From: Tubiluchus corallicola
Lineage: Eukaryota > Animalia > Priapulida
DNA: 64,000 nucleotides
Direction: 5' to 3'
Assembly: GCA_030141605.1 (NCBI GenBank)
Contig: JAQGDQ010000411.1
Span: 62,001-126,000, forward strand
Shown here: positions 25,468-38,660 of the stretch, in pieces
Layout of the letters: the number at the start of each line of letters is the position of its first letter
Position numbering within the stretch: the stretch's first letter is position 1
Notes under the pieces: generated by a model
Databases searched by the model: none
What the model was told of the DNA's origin: nothing
The model's input: only the letters and a program-made list of their open reading frames with translations
Translations under genes and position numbers: made by a program

Positions 25468-25849
25468 AAGCCTTTTCACAGCGATTGATGATGATCGTGA
25501 AGAGTTCAAAGGATAAGCTTACCAGGCAACGCATTTGCGTACACTTGGCAACGCCTCGCAGCCCGTACTATTGTAATACTAACAGTTTTAACAGCTAGCT
25601 AGAATCTTACCTAGTTCATTTTTTCTTGTTCCCAACCAATATTCTGCTAGTAAATCACTCTAAGCACAGAGTAATGCATAGTTAAGTAAAGTGCACGTAA
25701 AACAACTGAAGTGGCCAAACTGATGCAGCAGACGGCTTTGTTTTGCCCACACGTAATGTGACGGTTGTAGCTAAGACGCGTTGCTGTGACACACTTAACC
25801 TTTGACCTACAGTAACTGCGCGTGCGCACAACGAAACTGTGAAAAGGCT
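25468..25849 (+). mobile_element. MITE family C copy
   Basis: aagccttttcacag ... ctgtgaaaaggct. Confidence 0.85.
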
Positions 25850-26257
25850 GATTCAGATGCATAATTGTATTTTTCATCACCTATGTAAGCCTACATCATC
25901 AGTACGCCCTATTCATTATTGAACAAACGAGAAAATGACTGCAAATCTTTCCAGTTGAGCATAAACATGTTGGAACTTGTCATTACTCATAGTTTTCAAC
26001 AATGCGCATGCGTCGACTGTCGCAGTCTGAAGCAAATTAATTAATGAATGTACTTACTATTGTTTAATAATACTTGCTAATTGTTTCTTATTTTTGCATA
26101 GAATTGTGAAGTTTTCTACATGCACGGGGGAGCTCGTGGCTAGCATGGATACGGTAAGTTTTTTTTGTGTTTCTTATACATATATTCAAGTATATAGGTA
26201 CACAAGCCTTCCAAATTATGATATAATATAATATTATGTATACTGTATTATAAACAG

Positions 26258-26550
26258 TCATCATCACCATCGCCATCATCCTCGTTATCGTTATCATCAT
26301 CGACATGGTGATCATCATCACAATCGTCATCATCATCATCAACATCGTCGTCGTCGTCATGGCCATCATTATCTTCATCACCATCACCATCATCGTCGTC
26401 ATCGTCATCATCATCATCATGATCATCATCGTTGTCGTTGTCATCATCACCATTATTGCTGTCATTGTCACCATCATCGCCATCGTCATTATCATCATCA
26501 TCGTCGTCGTTGTCGTCGTCATGACCATCATCATCATCATCATCGTCAAC
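26258..26550. repeat. Degenerate (CAT/CGT)n trinucleotide repeat
   Basis: Directly visible. Confidence 0.95.
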
Positions 26551-27007
26551 ATTACCTTGAATAGACAGCTAATTATGAAGCTATGCTGGCATATTGTGAT
26601 GTGTCATAATAACGGAACCGATTCTGAAGGACAAAATTTGAAACAATTAAGTTGAATTAACAAAGTCGGTTCATTTTTTCATTTTTAAACGTTGTACGTA
26701 TAAGTCAGTCCTAACCATTGTACTTTTCTCCTTGAGATCACGTGATTTGAACATCGTGAAGCCCTTGTCTGTTGTCACATTGAAGCACATGGAGAGTGTA
26801 TGTGGCTTGTATTGATTGTACATGTTTTACGACACTTGCGGGACCTTAGTAATCAGTCTTATGATTTACAAGGGAGTAAATGCGACGTTATTTCGTATTA
26901 ATAAAATTATACGTCATTGTTTATTGGTTTAGCAAAATTGCACATCACAATTACAAACATCCATCAACGTTTGTTAGTTGTCAAAATTAATACTCACACG
27001 TGACAAT

Positions 27008-27396
27008 AAGCCTTTTCACAGTTCCAGCGATTGATGATGATCGTGAAAAGGTCAAAAGTTACGTGTACCAGACAATGCATTTGTGTACACTTGACAATGA
27101 TTCGCAGCCCATGCTATTGTAATAGTAACCGTTTTAACAGCTAGCTAGAATTTTACCTAGTTCATTTTTTCTTGTTCCCAAGCAAGATCCTGCTGATAAA
27201 TCACCCTACACATAGATTAATGTATATTTAAGCAAAGTCCACATAAAACAACTAAAGTTTACTGAACTGATGCAGCAGACGGGTTTGCTTTACTCACATG
27301 TCACCTGGCAGTTTTAGTTAACACGCGTTGCTGTGTACACCTAGGCTCTAACCTACAGGAACTGCGCGTGCGCACAACGATACTGCGAAAAAACTT
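27008..27396 (+). mobile_element. MITE family C copy
   Basis: aagccttttcacagttcc start; degenerate right TIR. Confidence 0.8.
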
Positions 27397-27907
27397 ATTG
27401 CAAATACCAGTGCTTATTGATTAGCTGATTGTTAGGTCACAATTGCAAATCCCATTGTTGTTAGGTTGGCAAGTAGCCACACGCGAGAAAGGCAAACCAT
27501 CGTTGATTGGTTGGCAAACAGTAACACGTGATAACAGCAATTCATTCACAAAAATTTCTAAAGTTAATCATTTCTGCATGTAAAACATTTTTTTCAACTT
27601 TAGGATTAAAATAACATATGTTGATGCTCGTATTTTTGATACATACAGCGTACAACCTTTGATGTAAAGTGTAATCGATTTTGCTGATGAGCTATTATAT
27701 TTTTCTAAAAATAATATTAAAGTGTTGATGATAATTATGTTGTTTTTGTAGGTGATAAAAGGTGGCGTTAAGAAGAAAATTCGAAAGAAAACCATATCGG
27801 ATGGAAGCATTTCAGACAGTTCAGCTGCAAGCAGTTTCGTTCGACAGGTAACGTTAGTAAAATTAAAAACAGTTCAAGCAATTCATAGCTGTCCAAATGA
27901 TGTCTTT

Positions 27908-28012
27908 AGTGTCACTGTCAATCAACCTTGTCTATAGTGTCACTGTCAATCAACCTTGCCAGTAAAGACTGTCAATCAACCTTGTTTATAGTGTCACTGT
28001 CAATCAACCTTG
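27908..28012. repeat. ~27-bp tandem repeat, 4 copies (tagtgtcactgtcaatcaaccttg..)
   Basis: Directly visible. Confidence 0.9.
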
Positions 28013-28502
28013 CTGTCATTCAAATACAACGTTAAATCAGATGATAGAAGTATACTTTAAGCACACCCAGATGGCAGTCATTTATTAGTTTTACATAAAC
28101 ATTTTTGAACAATTGTACAAACTGTCACCTGAGCACCCTCGTTATGAAAAATGAACCAACTCAACATCAACAACGACACACATTAAGAAACATAGTTCTC
28201 CAATGTATGTAATTCCCATTGGAGGTTGGAAGAACGCAAACGTAACACTGACTTTACCAAATATGTTTCTCTATACTGCAGAGCCCACATTATGCATTTT
28301 ATTATGCTGGATGTGGTACACAACAAGGACCCACTCTAGGACCACTGCTTTTTCTTATCTACATGAATGGCCTACCTTTTATTACTGGCAGCTTGAGCAG
28401 GAATTGCTACTTGTATCAGTACAACGAAACTTTGAGAAATGTAGGCTTAAGCTTTTGCGATCTGACGATAACGGACTCCTTATTTACCAAGGAGCAGCTT
28501 AC

Positions 28503-28552
28503 GTTTCTTATCTTTGTATCGTAGTCTTCTTTCCAGGGTGCCTTTGGAAATC
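28503..28552 (-). CDS. Ionotropic glutamate receptor/IR-family S2-lobe exon (GFPKAPWKEDYDTKIRN)
   Basis: ctctgacag acceptor and gtaagc donor; peptide resembles the iGluR motif G.alPKGSPw...fd..I; lies downstream of the M3 exon on the same strand. Confidence 0.6.
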
Positions 28553-29331
28553 CTGTCAGAGATCAATTTAAAGTATGACAATTTGTAAAATAATTCACAA
28601 CATTGTTAATTTTTTTATTTCCACTATTTTTTCAAAGTTTGTTTCATTAACTGTAATTGTAATCTATTTTTGTAGGCATGAGAAAATAATACGAACTAAA
28701 ATGAAAGAGAATTTAAATGAACAAATTGCTGTCACGGCTGAATGTATAGTAATTGTATGTGGAAATGGATGTGTGACCATCAGAAAAGGACCTTTGCTAG
28801 TTCAGTGTTCTAGGTTCTAGTCCCGTTACAATCACTTAATTTTAATTATCTAAATTCTTATCCGCATGCTATTAAAACACTGCATATTGTTATTCTGTAG
28901 CTGCTGTAAAGTAAGTAATTCAAGATTACGCAACCATCTAATGGAGATCTTGCAGTAATGGAACCAGTAACTATGTCCAATGGCTTCACGTGCGTTATTA
29001 CTTGGCTTCACGTGCATCGCGGCTTGTCCACAGTCATTGCAATCAATATTAACGAAATGCTACATATTACGAAGACTCATTATACAGAAATGTTTGCATG
29101 TAGGTGTACGTACACACTCACTAAGGTTAGCTTATTGGCAGTCGGCGCGTCTGTTCGGTTTAGAGTTCACCGTCCGCGCATGCGCACAAGATAGCTCGCG
29201 GGCATTGCGGGGGATGAATTCGAAAGCCGTTGGTGTGAATAATTTATCTGCATTACTATACAAGGACATTACGAAGAATTGCTATAATGGCAATATTTTT
29301 AATTACTCGCGCGCGATGGAAACAATTTCTG

Positions 29332-30211
29332 TAAAATTGATTGCCAATGGAGAAATGGCAATGAAAATGATAGCCAGCGACCACTATAAAATTGATTGAC
29401 AATGGAGAAAACAATGGCAATGAAAATGATAGCCAGCGACCACTATAAAATTGATTGACAATGGAGAAAACAATGGCAATGAAAATGATAGCCAGCGACC
29501 ACTATAAAATTGATTGACAATGGAGAAAACAATGGCAATGAAAATAATAGCCAGCGACCACTATAAAACTGATTGACAATGGAGAAAACAATGGCAATGA
29601 AAATAATAGCCAGCGACCTCTATGAAATTGATTGACTATGGAGAAAACAATGGCAATGAAAATAATAGCCAGCGACCACTATAAAATCGATTGACAATGG
29701 AGAAAACAATGGCAATGAAAATAATAGCCAGCGACCACTATAAAACAGATTGATAATGGAGAAAACAATGGCAATGAAAATGATAGCCAGCGATCACTAT
29801 AAAACAGATTGATAATGGAGAAAACAATGGCAATGAAAATGATAGCCAGCGATCACTATAAAACAGATTGATAATGGAGAAAACAATGGCAATGAAAATA
29901 ATAGCCAGCGACAACTATAAAATTGATTGACAATGGAGAAAACAATGGCAATGAAAATAATAGCCAGCGACCACTATAAAACTGATTGACAATGGAGAAA
30001 ACAATGGCAATGAAAATAATAGCCAGCGACCACTATAAAATTGATTGACAATGGAGAAAACAATGGCAATGAAAATAATAGCCAGCGACCACTATTAAAC
30101 TGATTGACAATGGAGAAAACAATGGCAATGAAAATAATAGCCAGCGACCACTATAAAACTGATTGACAATGGAGAAAACAATGGCAATGAAAATAATAGC
30201 CAGCGACCACT
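29332..30211. repeat. 59-bp minisatellite, ~15 copies
   Basis: Unit taaaactgattgacaatggagaaaacaatggcaatgaaaataatagccagcgaccacta. Confidence 0.97.
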
Positions 30212-31068
30212 TAAGCAAGGACGTGGTTTTTACTCAGACAGACACAAACATTTGCAACGTTTCGACCAGTTATAGTCATGAGTAGGGAAACAATTCCACC
30301 TAAATAAAAATACAGTGTATAAAAATGATAAAAATCAACTCTGTGAGAAACAAACAAGACTAATGCTAAATTGTAAACTTACATATTGAGCAATATAAAG
30401 CTAAACGACAGGAAAAAAGTTATTTGTTACTTCAACCTCCCTGATTAATACCTGTGGGTGGTGCTAAGAGAAACCTTTGCACCAAACATTTCTACGAATT
30501 TCTATGGAATTTTTGTATCCAGTTTTCAATGCAGAAACGTTAAAAGCTCATGTACACGTCTGGATTTGAACCACAAACCTGTGGCTTACAAAACTGCATC
30601 CTGAAGGTCAAGAAGTTGTTGAACACTGGAATTCTGGAACACTAGTGGAATTGACTATTTCTCAAAAGTTCACTTCATGATGGCGAGTGCAATTTTATTA
30701 AAGTTTTACAACCCGTTTCTAGCTGGAATTTCACGAACAAACAAAAACATTCAATTATTCATTCACTGATTGCCTTTATGAGTGCACTTTAGCTATGCGA
30801 CGTAGCTGCGCAATTTATAAATAATGAAAACTGTCCATATGCTAGGAGAAAATATCGATACGTTTTATCTGTCAGCAGGGTAATGCACGGTTAGCTATTT
30901 AAAACTGCTGTGCTGCTATCAGAGAAACCCTCGGAAGAACGTGTGAAAGTAATAAGAACCGTGGAATGATTCACTGCAACCATTAAAGCTTAAATCATCG
31001 TTTCCTATACGTGCTTACACAGTAAAATGTCAGAAATAACAAGTGTAGGGGTGATGGTGATCTTTTAC

Positions 31069-31338
31069 CTGCCAATATGTAAGAGCAATGAAACCCTTTT
31101 CAGCACACAAAATCGAACGAAGTACATCGAGATGTGAATGGATAAGCAGGTATTTGAAGTGTCAGAAATGATACCAACACACCTGTATATGTACCTGTAA
31201 TTGTCAGAGCAAATAACCACCAGCAAGACAATAGTGTCTGTGAAGCCATGTTTTTTGGCAATTTTGTGCCACCTTTCTGCAGAAATGAAACCAGCATGTA
31301 GCTCATATAGTGAAATACAGAACTGGTGGTGGTCTTGC
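31069..31338 (-). pseudogene. Ionotropic glutamate receptor/IR-family pore loop-M3 exon, frameshifted (pseudogene or assembly error)
   Basis: YMLVSFLQKGGTKLPKNMASQTLLSCWWLFALTITGTYTGVLVSFLTLQIPAYPFTS matches LQQG...P.s.s.R.l...WW.f..ii...YTanL.afLT. A shifted frame continues DVLRSILCAEKGFIALTYWQ to CAG|gtaaaa. Confidence 0.8.
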
Positions 31339-31641
31339 NNNNNNNNNNNNNNNNNNNNNNNNNNNNNNNNNNNNNNNNNNNNNNNNNNNNNNNNNNNNNN
31401 NNNNNNNNNNNNNNNNNNNNNNNNNNNNNNNNNNNNNNNNNNNNNNNNNNNNNNNNNNNNNNNNNNNNNNNNNNNNNNNNNNNNNNNNNNNNNNNNNNNN
31501 NNNNNNNNNNNNNNNNNNNNNNNNNNNNNNNNNNNNNNNNNNNNNNNNNNNNNNNNNNNNNNNNNNNNNNNNNNNNNNNNNNNNNNNNNNNNNNNNNNNN
31601 NNNNNNNNNNNNNNNNNNNNNNNNNNNNNNNNNNNNNNNNN
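31339..31641. other. Assembly gap (N run)
   Basis: Run of n characters. Confidence 1.
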
Positions 31642-34047
31642 TGTTTCTTTATTGTGAAATTCTTTACTAAGAGCCTTTCTCTGCTAACTAAATGTTCACC
31701 ATGTTTCTTTTTTGTGAAATTCTTTACTAAGAGCCTTTCTCTGCTAACTAAATGTTCACCATGTTTCTTTACTGTGAAATTCTTGACTAAGAGCCTTTCT
31801 CTGCTAACTAAATGTTCACCATATTTCTTTATTGTGAAATTCTTTACTAAGAGCCTTTCTCTGCTAACTAAATGTTCACCATGTTTCTTTATTGTGAAAT
31901 TCTTTACTAAGAGCCTTTCTCTGCTAACTAAATGTTCACCATGTTTCTTTATTGTGAAATTCTTTACTAAGAGCCTTTCTCTGCTAACTAAATGTTCACC
32001 ATGTTTCTTTACTGTGAAATTCTTTACTAAGAGCCTTTCTCTGCTAACTAAATGTTCACCATGTTTCTTTATTGTGAAATTCTTTACTAAGAGCCTTACT
32101 AAGTCTGAAGCTGAATGTTCACCATGTTTCTTTATTGTGAAATTCTTTACTAAGAGCCTTTCTCTGTCAACTAAATGTTCACCATGTTTTTTTATTGTGA
32201 AATTCTTTACTAAGAGCCTTTCTCTGCTAACTAAATGTTCACCATATTTCTTTACTGTGAAATTCTTTACTAAGAGCCTTTCTCTGTCAACTAAATGTTC
32301 ACCTTGTTTCTTTATTGTGAAATTCCTTACTAAGAGCCTTTCTCTGCTAACTAAATGTTCACCTTGTTTCTTTATTGTGAAATTCTTTACTAAGAGCCTT
32401 TCTCTGCTAACTAAATGTTCACCTTGTTTCTTTATTGTGAAATTCTTTACTAAGAGCCTTACTAAGTCTGAAGCTGAATGTTCACCATGTTTCTTTATTG
32501 TGAAATTCTTTACTAAGAGCCTTTCTCTGTCAACTAAATGTTCACCATGTTTCTTTATTGTGAAATTCCTTACTAAGAGCCTTTCTCTGCTAACTAAATG
32601 TTCACCATGTTTCTTTACTGTGAAATTCTTTACTAAGAGCCTTTCTCTGCTAACTAAATGTTCACCATGTTTCTTTATTGTGAAATTCTTTACTAAGAGC
32701 CTTACTAAGTCTGAAGCTGAATGTTCACCATGTTTCTTTATTGTGAAATTCTTTACTAAGAGCCTTTCTCTGTCAACTAAATGTTCACCATGTTTCTTTA
32801 TTGTGAAATTCTTTACTAAGAGCCTTTCTCTGCTAACTAAATGTTCACCATATTTCTTTACTGTGAAATTCTTTACTAAGAGCCTTTCTCTGTCAACTAA
32901 ATGTTCACCATATTTCTTTACCGTGAAATTCTTGACTAAGAGCCTTTCTATGCTAACTAAATGTTCACCTTGTTTCTTTATTGTGAAATTCTTTACTAAG
33001 AGCCTTTCTCTGCTGACTAAATGTTCACCATGTTTCTTTATTGTGAAATTCTTTACTAAGAGCCTTTCTCTGCTAACTAAATGTTCACCTTGTTTCTTTA
33101 TTGTGAAATTCTTTACTAAGAGCCTTTCTCTGCTAACTAAATGTTCACCATGTTTCTTTACTGAAATTCCTTACTAAGAGCCTTTCTCTGCTAACTAAAT
33201 ATTCACCATGTTTCTTTATTGTGAAATTCTTTACTAAGAGCCTTTCTCTGCTAACTAAATGTTCACCTTGTTTCTTTATTGTGAAATTCTTTACTAAGAG
33301 CCTTTCTCTGCTAACTAAATGTTCACCATGTTTCTTTATTGTGAAATTCTTTACTAAGAGCCTTTCTCTGCTAACTAAATGTTCACCATGTTTCTTTACT
33401 GTGAAATTCTTTACTAGGAGCCTTTCTCTGTCAACCAAATGTTCACCTTGTTTCTTTATTGTGAAATTCTTTACTAAGAGCCTTTCTCTGCTAACTAAAT
33501 GTTCACCTTGTTTCTTTATTGTGAAATTCTTTACTAAGAGCCTTACTAAGTCTGAAGCTGAATGTTCACCATGTTTCTTTATTGTGAAATTCTTTACTAA
33601 GAGCCTTTCTCTGTCAACTAAATGTTCACCATGTTTCTTTATTGTGAAATTCTTTACTAAGAGCCTTTCTCTGCTAACTAAATGTTCACCATGTTTCTTT
33701 ATTGTGAAATTCTTTACTAAGAGCCTTTCTCTGCTAACTAAATGTTCACCATGTTTCTTTATTGTGAAATTCTTTACTAAGAGCCTTTCTCTGCTAACTA
33801 AATGTTCACCATGTTTCTTTATTGTGAAATTCTTTACTAAGAGCCTTTCTCTGCTAACTAAATGTTCACCATGTTTCTTTACTGTGAAATTCCTTACTAA
33901 GAGCCTTTCTCTGCTAACTAAATATTCACCATGTTTCTTTATTGTGAAATTCTTTACTAAGAGCCTTTCTCTGCTAACTAAATGTTAACCATGTTTCTTT
34001 ATTGTGAAATTCTTTACTAAAAGCCTTACTAAGTCTGAAGCTGAATG
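31642..34047. repeat. 60-bp satellite, ~40 copies, with recurring 63-bp variant units
   Basis: Unit tgtttctttattgtgaaattctttactaagagcctttctctgctaactaaatgttcacca. Confidence 0.98.
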
Positions 34048-35949
34048 TGGATACTGCGGCATTCCTTTGGGAATATTATTGCAGCGCGCATGCGTGGTAA
34101 TGAAATAACACTATACATATATACTATTATCCGGTCAAACTCTTGTACTGTAGTTCTTAACTTAACTGCGTCCGAGATTTACACAACACGTGAAGGAAGA
34201 TTGGTACTGCAATACCATCTGTTGTTGCTTTAATCGTAGGTAATCTTTCAGTTTAACTCTTTCAGCCTCTCTCTTGCAAACAGTGATCACACTCAAGAAG
34301 GGATGATAGAAGACTTCTCTTGATTCGTGCTCTTGACTTGACTTTCAAGTGTCTACTTTCTGTCCTCTTCACGCAGCTTCGTTATTCAAGAGAACGCTGC
34401 GTGGTGCCTCCCTCTATAAGCAAAAATAGCAATTGCCTGCAAAGCCACTGCGCATGCTCATCATGAAGCCTAACTCGAAGGTCACAATGATAATAGCTTT
34501 CCGTTGCTATAATGCAAAACAGACGCTTCAATTTATCAAGCTGTCAACGGAGTTCCTCTTATCATATTTTAGTGTTTTTTTGCAAATTGCGAGCGAAACG
34601 TGTTAGCAAATTGAATACAAAAGTCATGCACCAATACGATTATTTATCCTAGTTAAGCCATACGGTGACATGCAAATGTTAGTTACATAGTCTTTAGTTA
34701 CATAGTTTTTAGTTGCCCAACTTAAAAGAAAGGCCAAATCTTCTAGGAGGTTTTGCTTATTTCAATGTTCGCGAAAAATGTTAGAAGGATTTAGTAATAA
34801 AACTGCAACAAGCGCCTCGTGTAACTAGTGAAATCACTTTAAAGTCACGATCACTTCATGCTTGGGCGCTCCCATTTTCAACGCCCATACTTCTCCCAAT
34901 GACGTCATTCGTCTTGAAGAAAAGTAGCGCACTGTCGATCTTCATCAAAAGTATGATAAGTTTTTACAAAAAGTTAGATAACTAATTTTGTAATATTTTT
35001 GCGTGAACATTGGGTAAGCTGCTGAAGTTTGAATTAGTTTAAGCAGCGCGCTCTTACGGAAAGCCACGATGCGCTTACGAAAAGTTACGAAATCTCCCAG
35101 TTACGTCATGATTTTCAAGTGAATGGAGGAAACCACCAGGCCTGAAAACTTCTATTCAGAGGTGATACATTTTAAATTAATGCTTTACAGATAGTTTTTT
35201 GCAAATTTCTTTGTTATATTTTTTCCAAGTTTACGTGACAACAGTAAACTCACCATAGTAAGTGATTTGTTAAAATTGCAACCGTTTTGCTCCTGGCCAA
35301 ACTCAAGCACGTGCAATTTTCAACCTTGGAATTCGGATTTGTGCATTTTTAATTTGCAAAGAGAAATATAGACTACTCGTCTTATTGTACTCACCCAACG
35401 AACTAACCAGAGATTAATGACACGTCATTTTTACACTTCCTGACTTACTGACACATCATGGCGTAGGCAGTTCACTTATCATTGCATTAGTAGCTTTGAT
35501 AAATAGTTCTGAGAAATTTTTGATAAACAAGAACTTTTGATAAGTTTTTGCACATTATTTGGCTGTCGACATCAAGTACCCCAGAGATGCTGATGATGAT
35601 AAATCTTTATTTAGACATTATTTACATATAATATACCTCTATTTGCAGGCCGATAAATTCTACAGTGCATTATAAAAGCATGTATGCAAGACCGTCAATT
35701 AAAATTATATCCATAATACATGTACCACAAACTTGCATATAAAATATTTTTGCAATTACATGTATTTTTGATAATTAAGTTCCATAAAAACAGAATTCAT
35801 TCACTGGGATTAGTTACAAAACACAATTAGAAAAGTATTAAAAATGACAAACTTTTCAACATGCGCGGTTTACTTACAAATAAGAGCGAGGAATTTTGCT
35901 AAAATTTACGATAAAACCAGGATAACTTTTACCCGAGTTATACATTCGT

Positions 35950-36280
35950 GTATACGTATATGTATATATGTATTATGTATGTTTTATGTATTATGTATGT
36001 ATGTGTATTATGTATATATGTACTATGTATGTATTATGTATGTATGTGTATTATGTATAATGTATGTATGTATGTATGTATGTATATATGTATTATGTAT
36101 GTATTATATATGTATGTGTATTATGTATATATGTATTATGTATGTATGTGTATTATGTATATATGTATATATATATATTACGTATGTATTATGTATTATG
36201 CATGTATGTGTATTATGTATATATGTATATATGTATTATGTATGTATATGCATTATGTATGTATATATAATACATATGTG
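35950..36280. repeat. Degenerate (TATG/TATGTAT)n microsatellite
   Basis: Directly visible. Confidence 0.95.
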
Positions 36281-36735
36281 TGCGTGAGGTAAAATTTATA
36301 TTGTGTTTTGCTTTTAACTCTTTACAAATTGATAAGATGAAACCGTCTCTTGCAAAATTAACTACAGCTTTATTTAATGCTTCTCTTTTTTTAAAAAAAA
36401 ACTCTGGTTATGATTTCCTATCTGCAAGGTTTCTAATAGGCGCTTTCTTAGGTTAGCGAAAAACTGAAAAACATCATTTAACACCTAGCACATCAAAAAC
36501 GTAATAATACATGCATATTTGTCTACGTTTTTGTGTTTCTTTGTTGTCCAAGAACTCGGCTCCAATAAATTCAGCTCAATTTTTCTTTATTTCGGAAATC
36601 ACAGACACGAAACTCGGCATTTCGTGATTAGGAATTCATCTCTCGCAACGTCAAGAATGTGCGCTCGTTCAACGTAGTGTTTCTGCACGGTTTATAGAGC
36701 AGAAATTGTAATTCTGCTGCGATACGTCCTCTTAA

Positions 36736-37178
36736 AGGAAGACAGGATAATTTTTCATATACAACATCATTTTATGAAAAGTATACATTTTAACAAAATT
36801 AATACTGCAAAAGCGTTTCTGATAATTAAATAATAGATTAAAAACTTAATTAACGGCGGGCGAGCCCAACTATTGATGATATCACAAACGAACATAATTT
36901 TTAACAGCAAAAAATATTCCACGAGCGTGTTGCACGTGTTTGTAAAAGAGAAAATTGAAGTACAGTGTTACTGTAAGATGTTCAGCGAGTTGTACTAAAA
37001 CTCGGCAAGTTTTAAAATTAAAATTAAAATTTCAAATTTATTCCTGTGCTCACGCATGAGCTGCCGATCGTGTGTAGTTCATCACAAACTAACACATCTG
37101 AACTGAGAGGTACAGCACCTGTTTTTGTGCAACGCGTTTCCGAAATGTAGGGGCTAGTGCCCGTCTAACTACCGAAAG

Positions 37179-37218
<40 letters not shown>

Positions 37219-37366
37219 GGAAGAAGTAGTGGCGCGAACGTGAAACTGTGTTTATGTGGTAATAATTCTTTCACGTAAATTATACTTTAAAAAACACAGT
37301 ATATTTCCTTTCCGTATTTTAGTAGATTGTTTTGAGTTACAGTTTAAGATTTTGTCCGGCATTTCT
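36736..37366 (+). mobile_element. MITE family B, full copy (TTAA TSD, Kolobok-like), with a (TA)n insert
   Basis: ttaa|aggaagacagg ... ccggcatttct|ttaa. Confidence 0.82.
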
Positions 37367-38251
37367 TTAACCTAAACTTCCTTCATTCTAAACTCCACTT
37401 ATCTGTAATTTTGTTGAAACACGAGTTTGTAATTAAAGCTAGTAAGAACTGCAGGTTTATTTATTTGTATGCTCAACATGCACGGATAGGCGGTTCTAAA
37501 TATTTACTTTAACAATTTCTCCCGGGTTCGTACATCTTCAGCTGCATGATGTTCAGCTTTGCAGGCGTGACTGTATTTTGTCGTTTCATATACTCGCTCA
37601 CTGACCAGTGTGGTCAGTGCTGTTAGACTGGTCAGTTGTTAGATTACTATGCGCTCATGCCAGACCCATGTCAGCATTGCATATGAAGATTATCGAGCCA
37701 GTTTTATTTATTAATTTAATAATGAAGTAAATACTTGAAATTTCCGCTGTGTGGCAGCACACTTCAGGGTGTCTGTCACTAGAAGGCGCTACATATGCGC
37801 GAGTCTAAACTTGCGATTTAAAGGAAAACCGGACAATTGATTAAACTCAATCTCATTTTAATTTTCTATGCCTATAAAAGTTAGCAGTTGTTTCTAATAT
37901 TTGAATAATTACCTTGGAAAGTTAATTAATGGCAACCAAACACAGTTATCGCTTACGTCACAAACTAACGGTTTGTGCAACGCTAGGCATCTTCCTACTT
38001 TTAGTAGGTCCGCATTTTGTTAAATTGTAATTTAGGATTAAACTTTAGGAGGCAAGAAAACGCTACATAATCTCTAAAGTAAAAGGTTAGAGATACAAGT
38101 GATGATCTTGAGATTGCTTTTGCCACCAGGCTGTAAAGTATTGATCAAGCGTGAACCGTTTGTTGCACAGAACTTGCCGGCGTTTGAGGTTAATTAGATT
38201 TCAGCTTCTGAATGGAATCCCACAGGTGCGATGGAAAGTCGAAGGATTATA

Positions 38252-38426
38252 GTGAGAGAATTGAATCATTTCTGAACACAGAAAGTGCTGACATCATCAC
38301 ATTTCAAATGGTGAGAGAATTGAATCATTTCTGAGCACAGAAAGTGATGACATCATCACATTTCAAATGGTGAGAGAATTGAATCATTTCTGAGCACAGA
38401 AAGTGCTGACATCATCACATTTCAAA
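38252..38426. repeat. 59-bp tandem repeat, 3 copies
   Basis: Unit gtgagagaattgaatcatttctgagcacagaaagtgctgacatcatcacatttcaaatg. Confidence 0.93.
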
Positions 38427-38497
38427 CACAATAATTCCTATTGAAACCTCGTAACTTTGACATATTCACGTGGCAAGTTTTATATCTGACAGCCGTA

Positions 38498-38660
38498 ACA
38501 GCAGCAATAGTAGTAGCAGCAGCAGTAGTAGAAACAGCAGCAGTATTAGGTAACAGCAGCAGCACCAGCAACAGCAATAGCAGCACTAGTAGTAGTAGCA
38601 GCAGTAGCCGCAACAGCAGCAGTATTAGGTAATAGCAGCAGCAGTAGCAGTACTAGTACT
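38498..38660. repeat. (AGC/AGT)n low-complexity repeat
   Basis: Directly visible. Confidence 0.9.

Noticed and set aside
26088-26655. Met/Ile/Val-rich ORFs
   Set aside because: Translation of a (CAT)n microsatellite.
31201-33988. 658-aa and 255-aa ORFs
   Set aside because: Read-through of the N gap and of a 60-bp satellite that lacks stops in one frame; a frameshift at ~33165 shows no coding constraint.
35844-36292. Tyr/Met/Cys/Val-rich ORFs
   Set aside because: Translation of a (TATG)n microsatellite.
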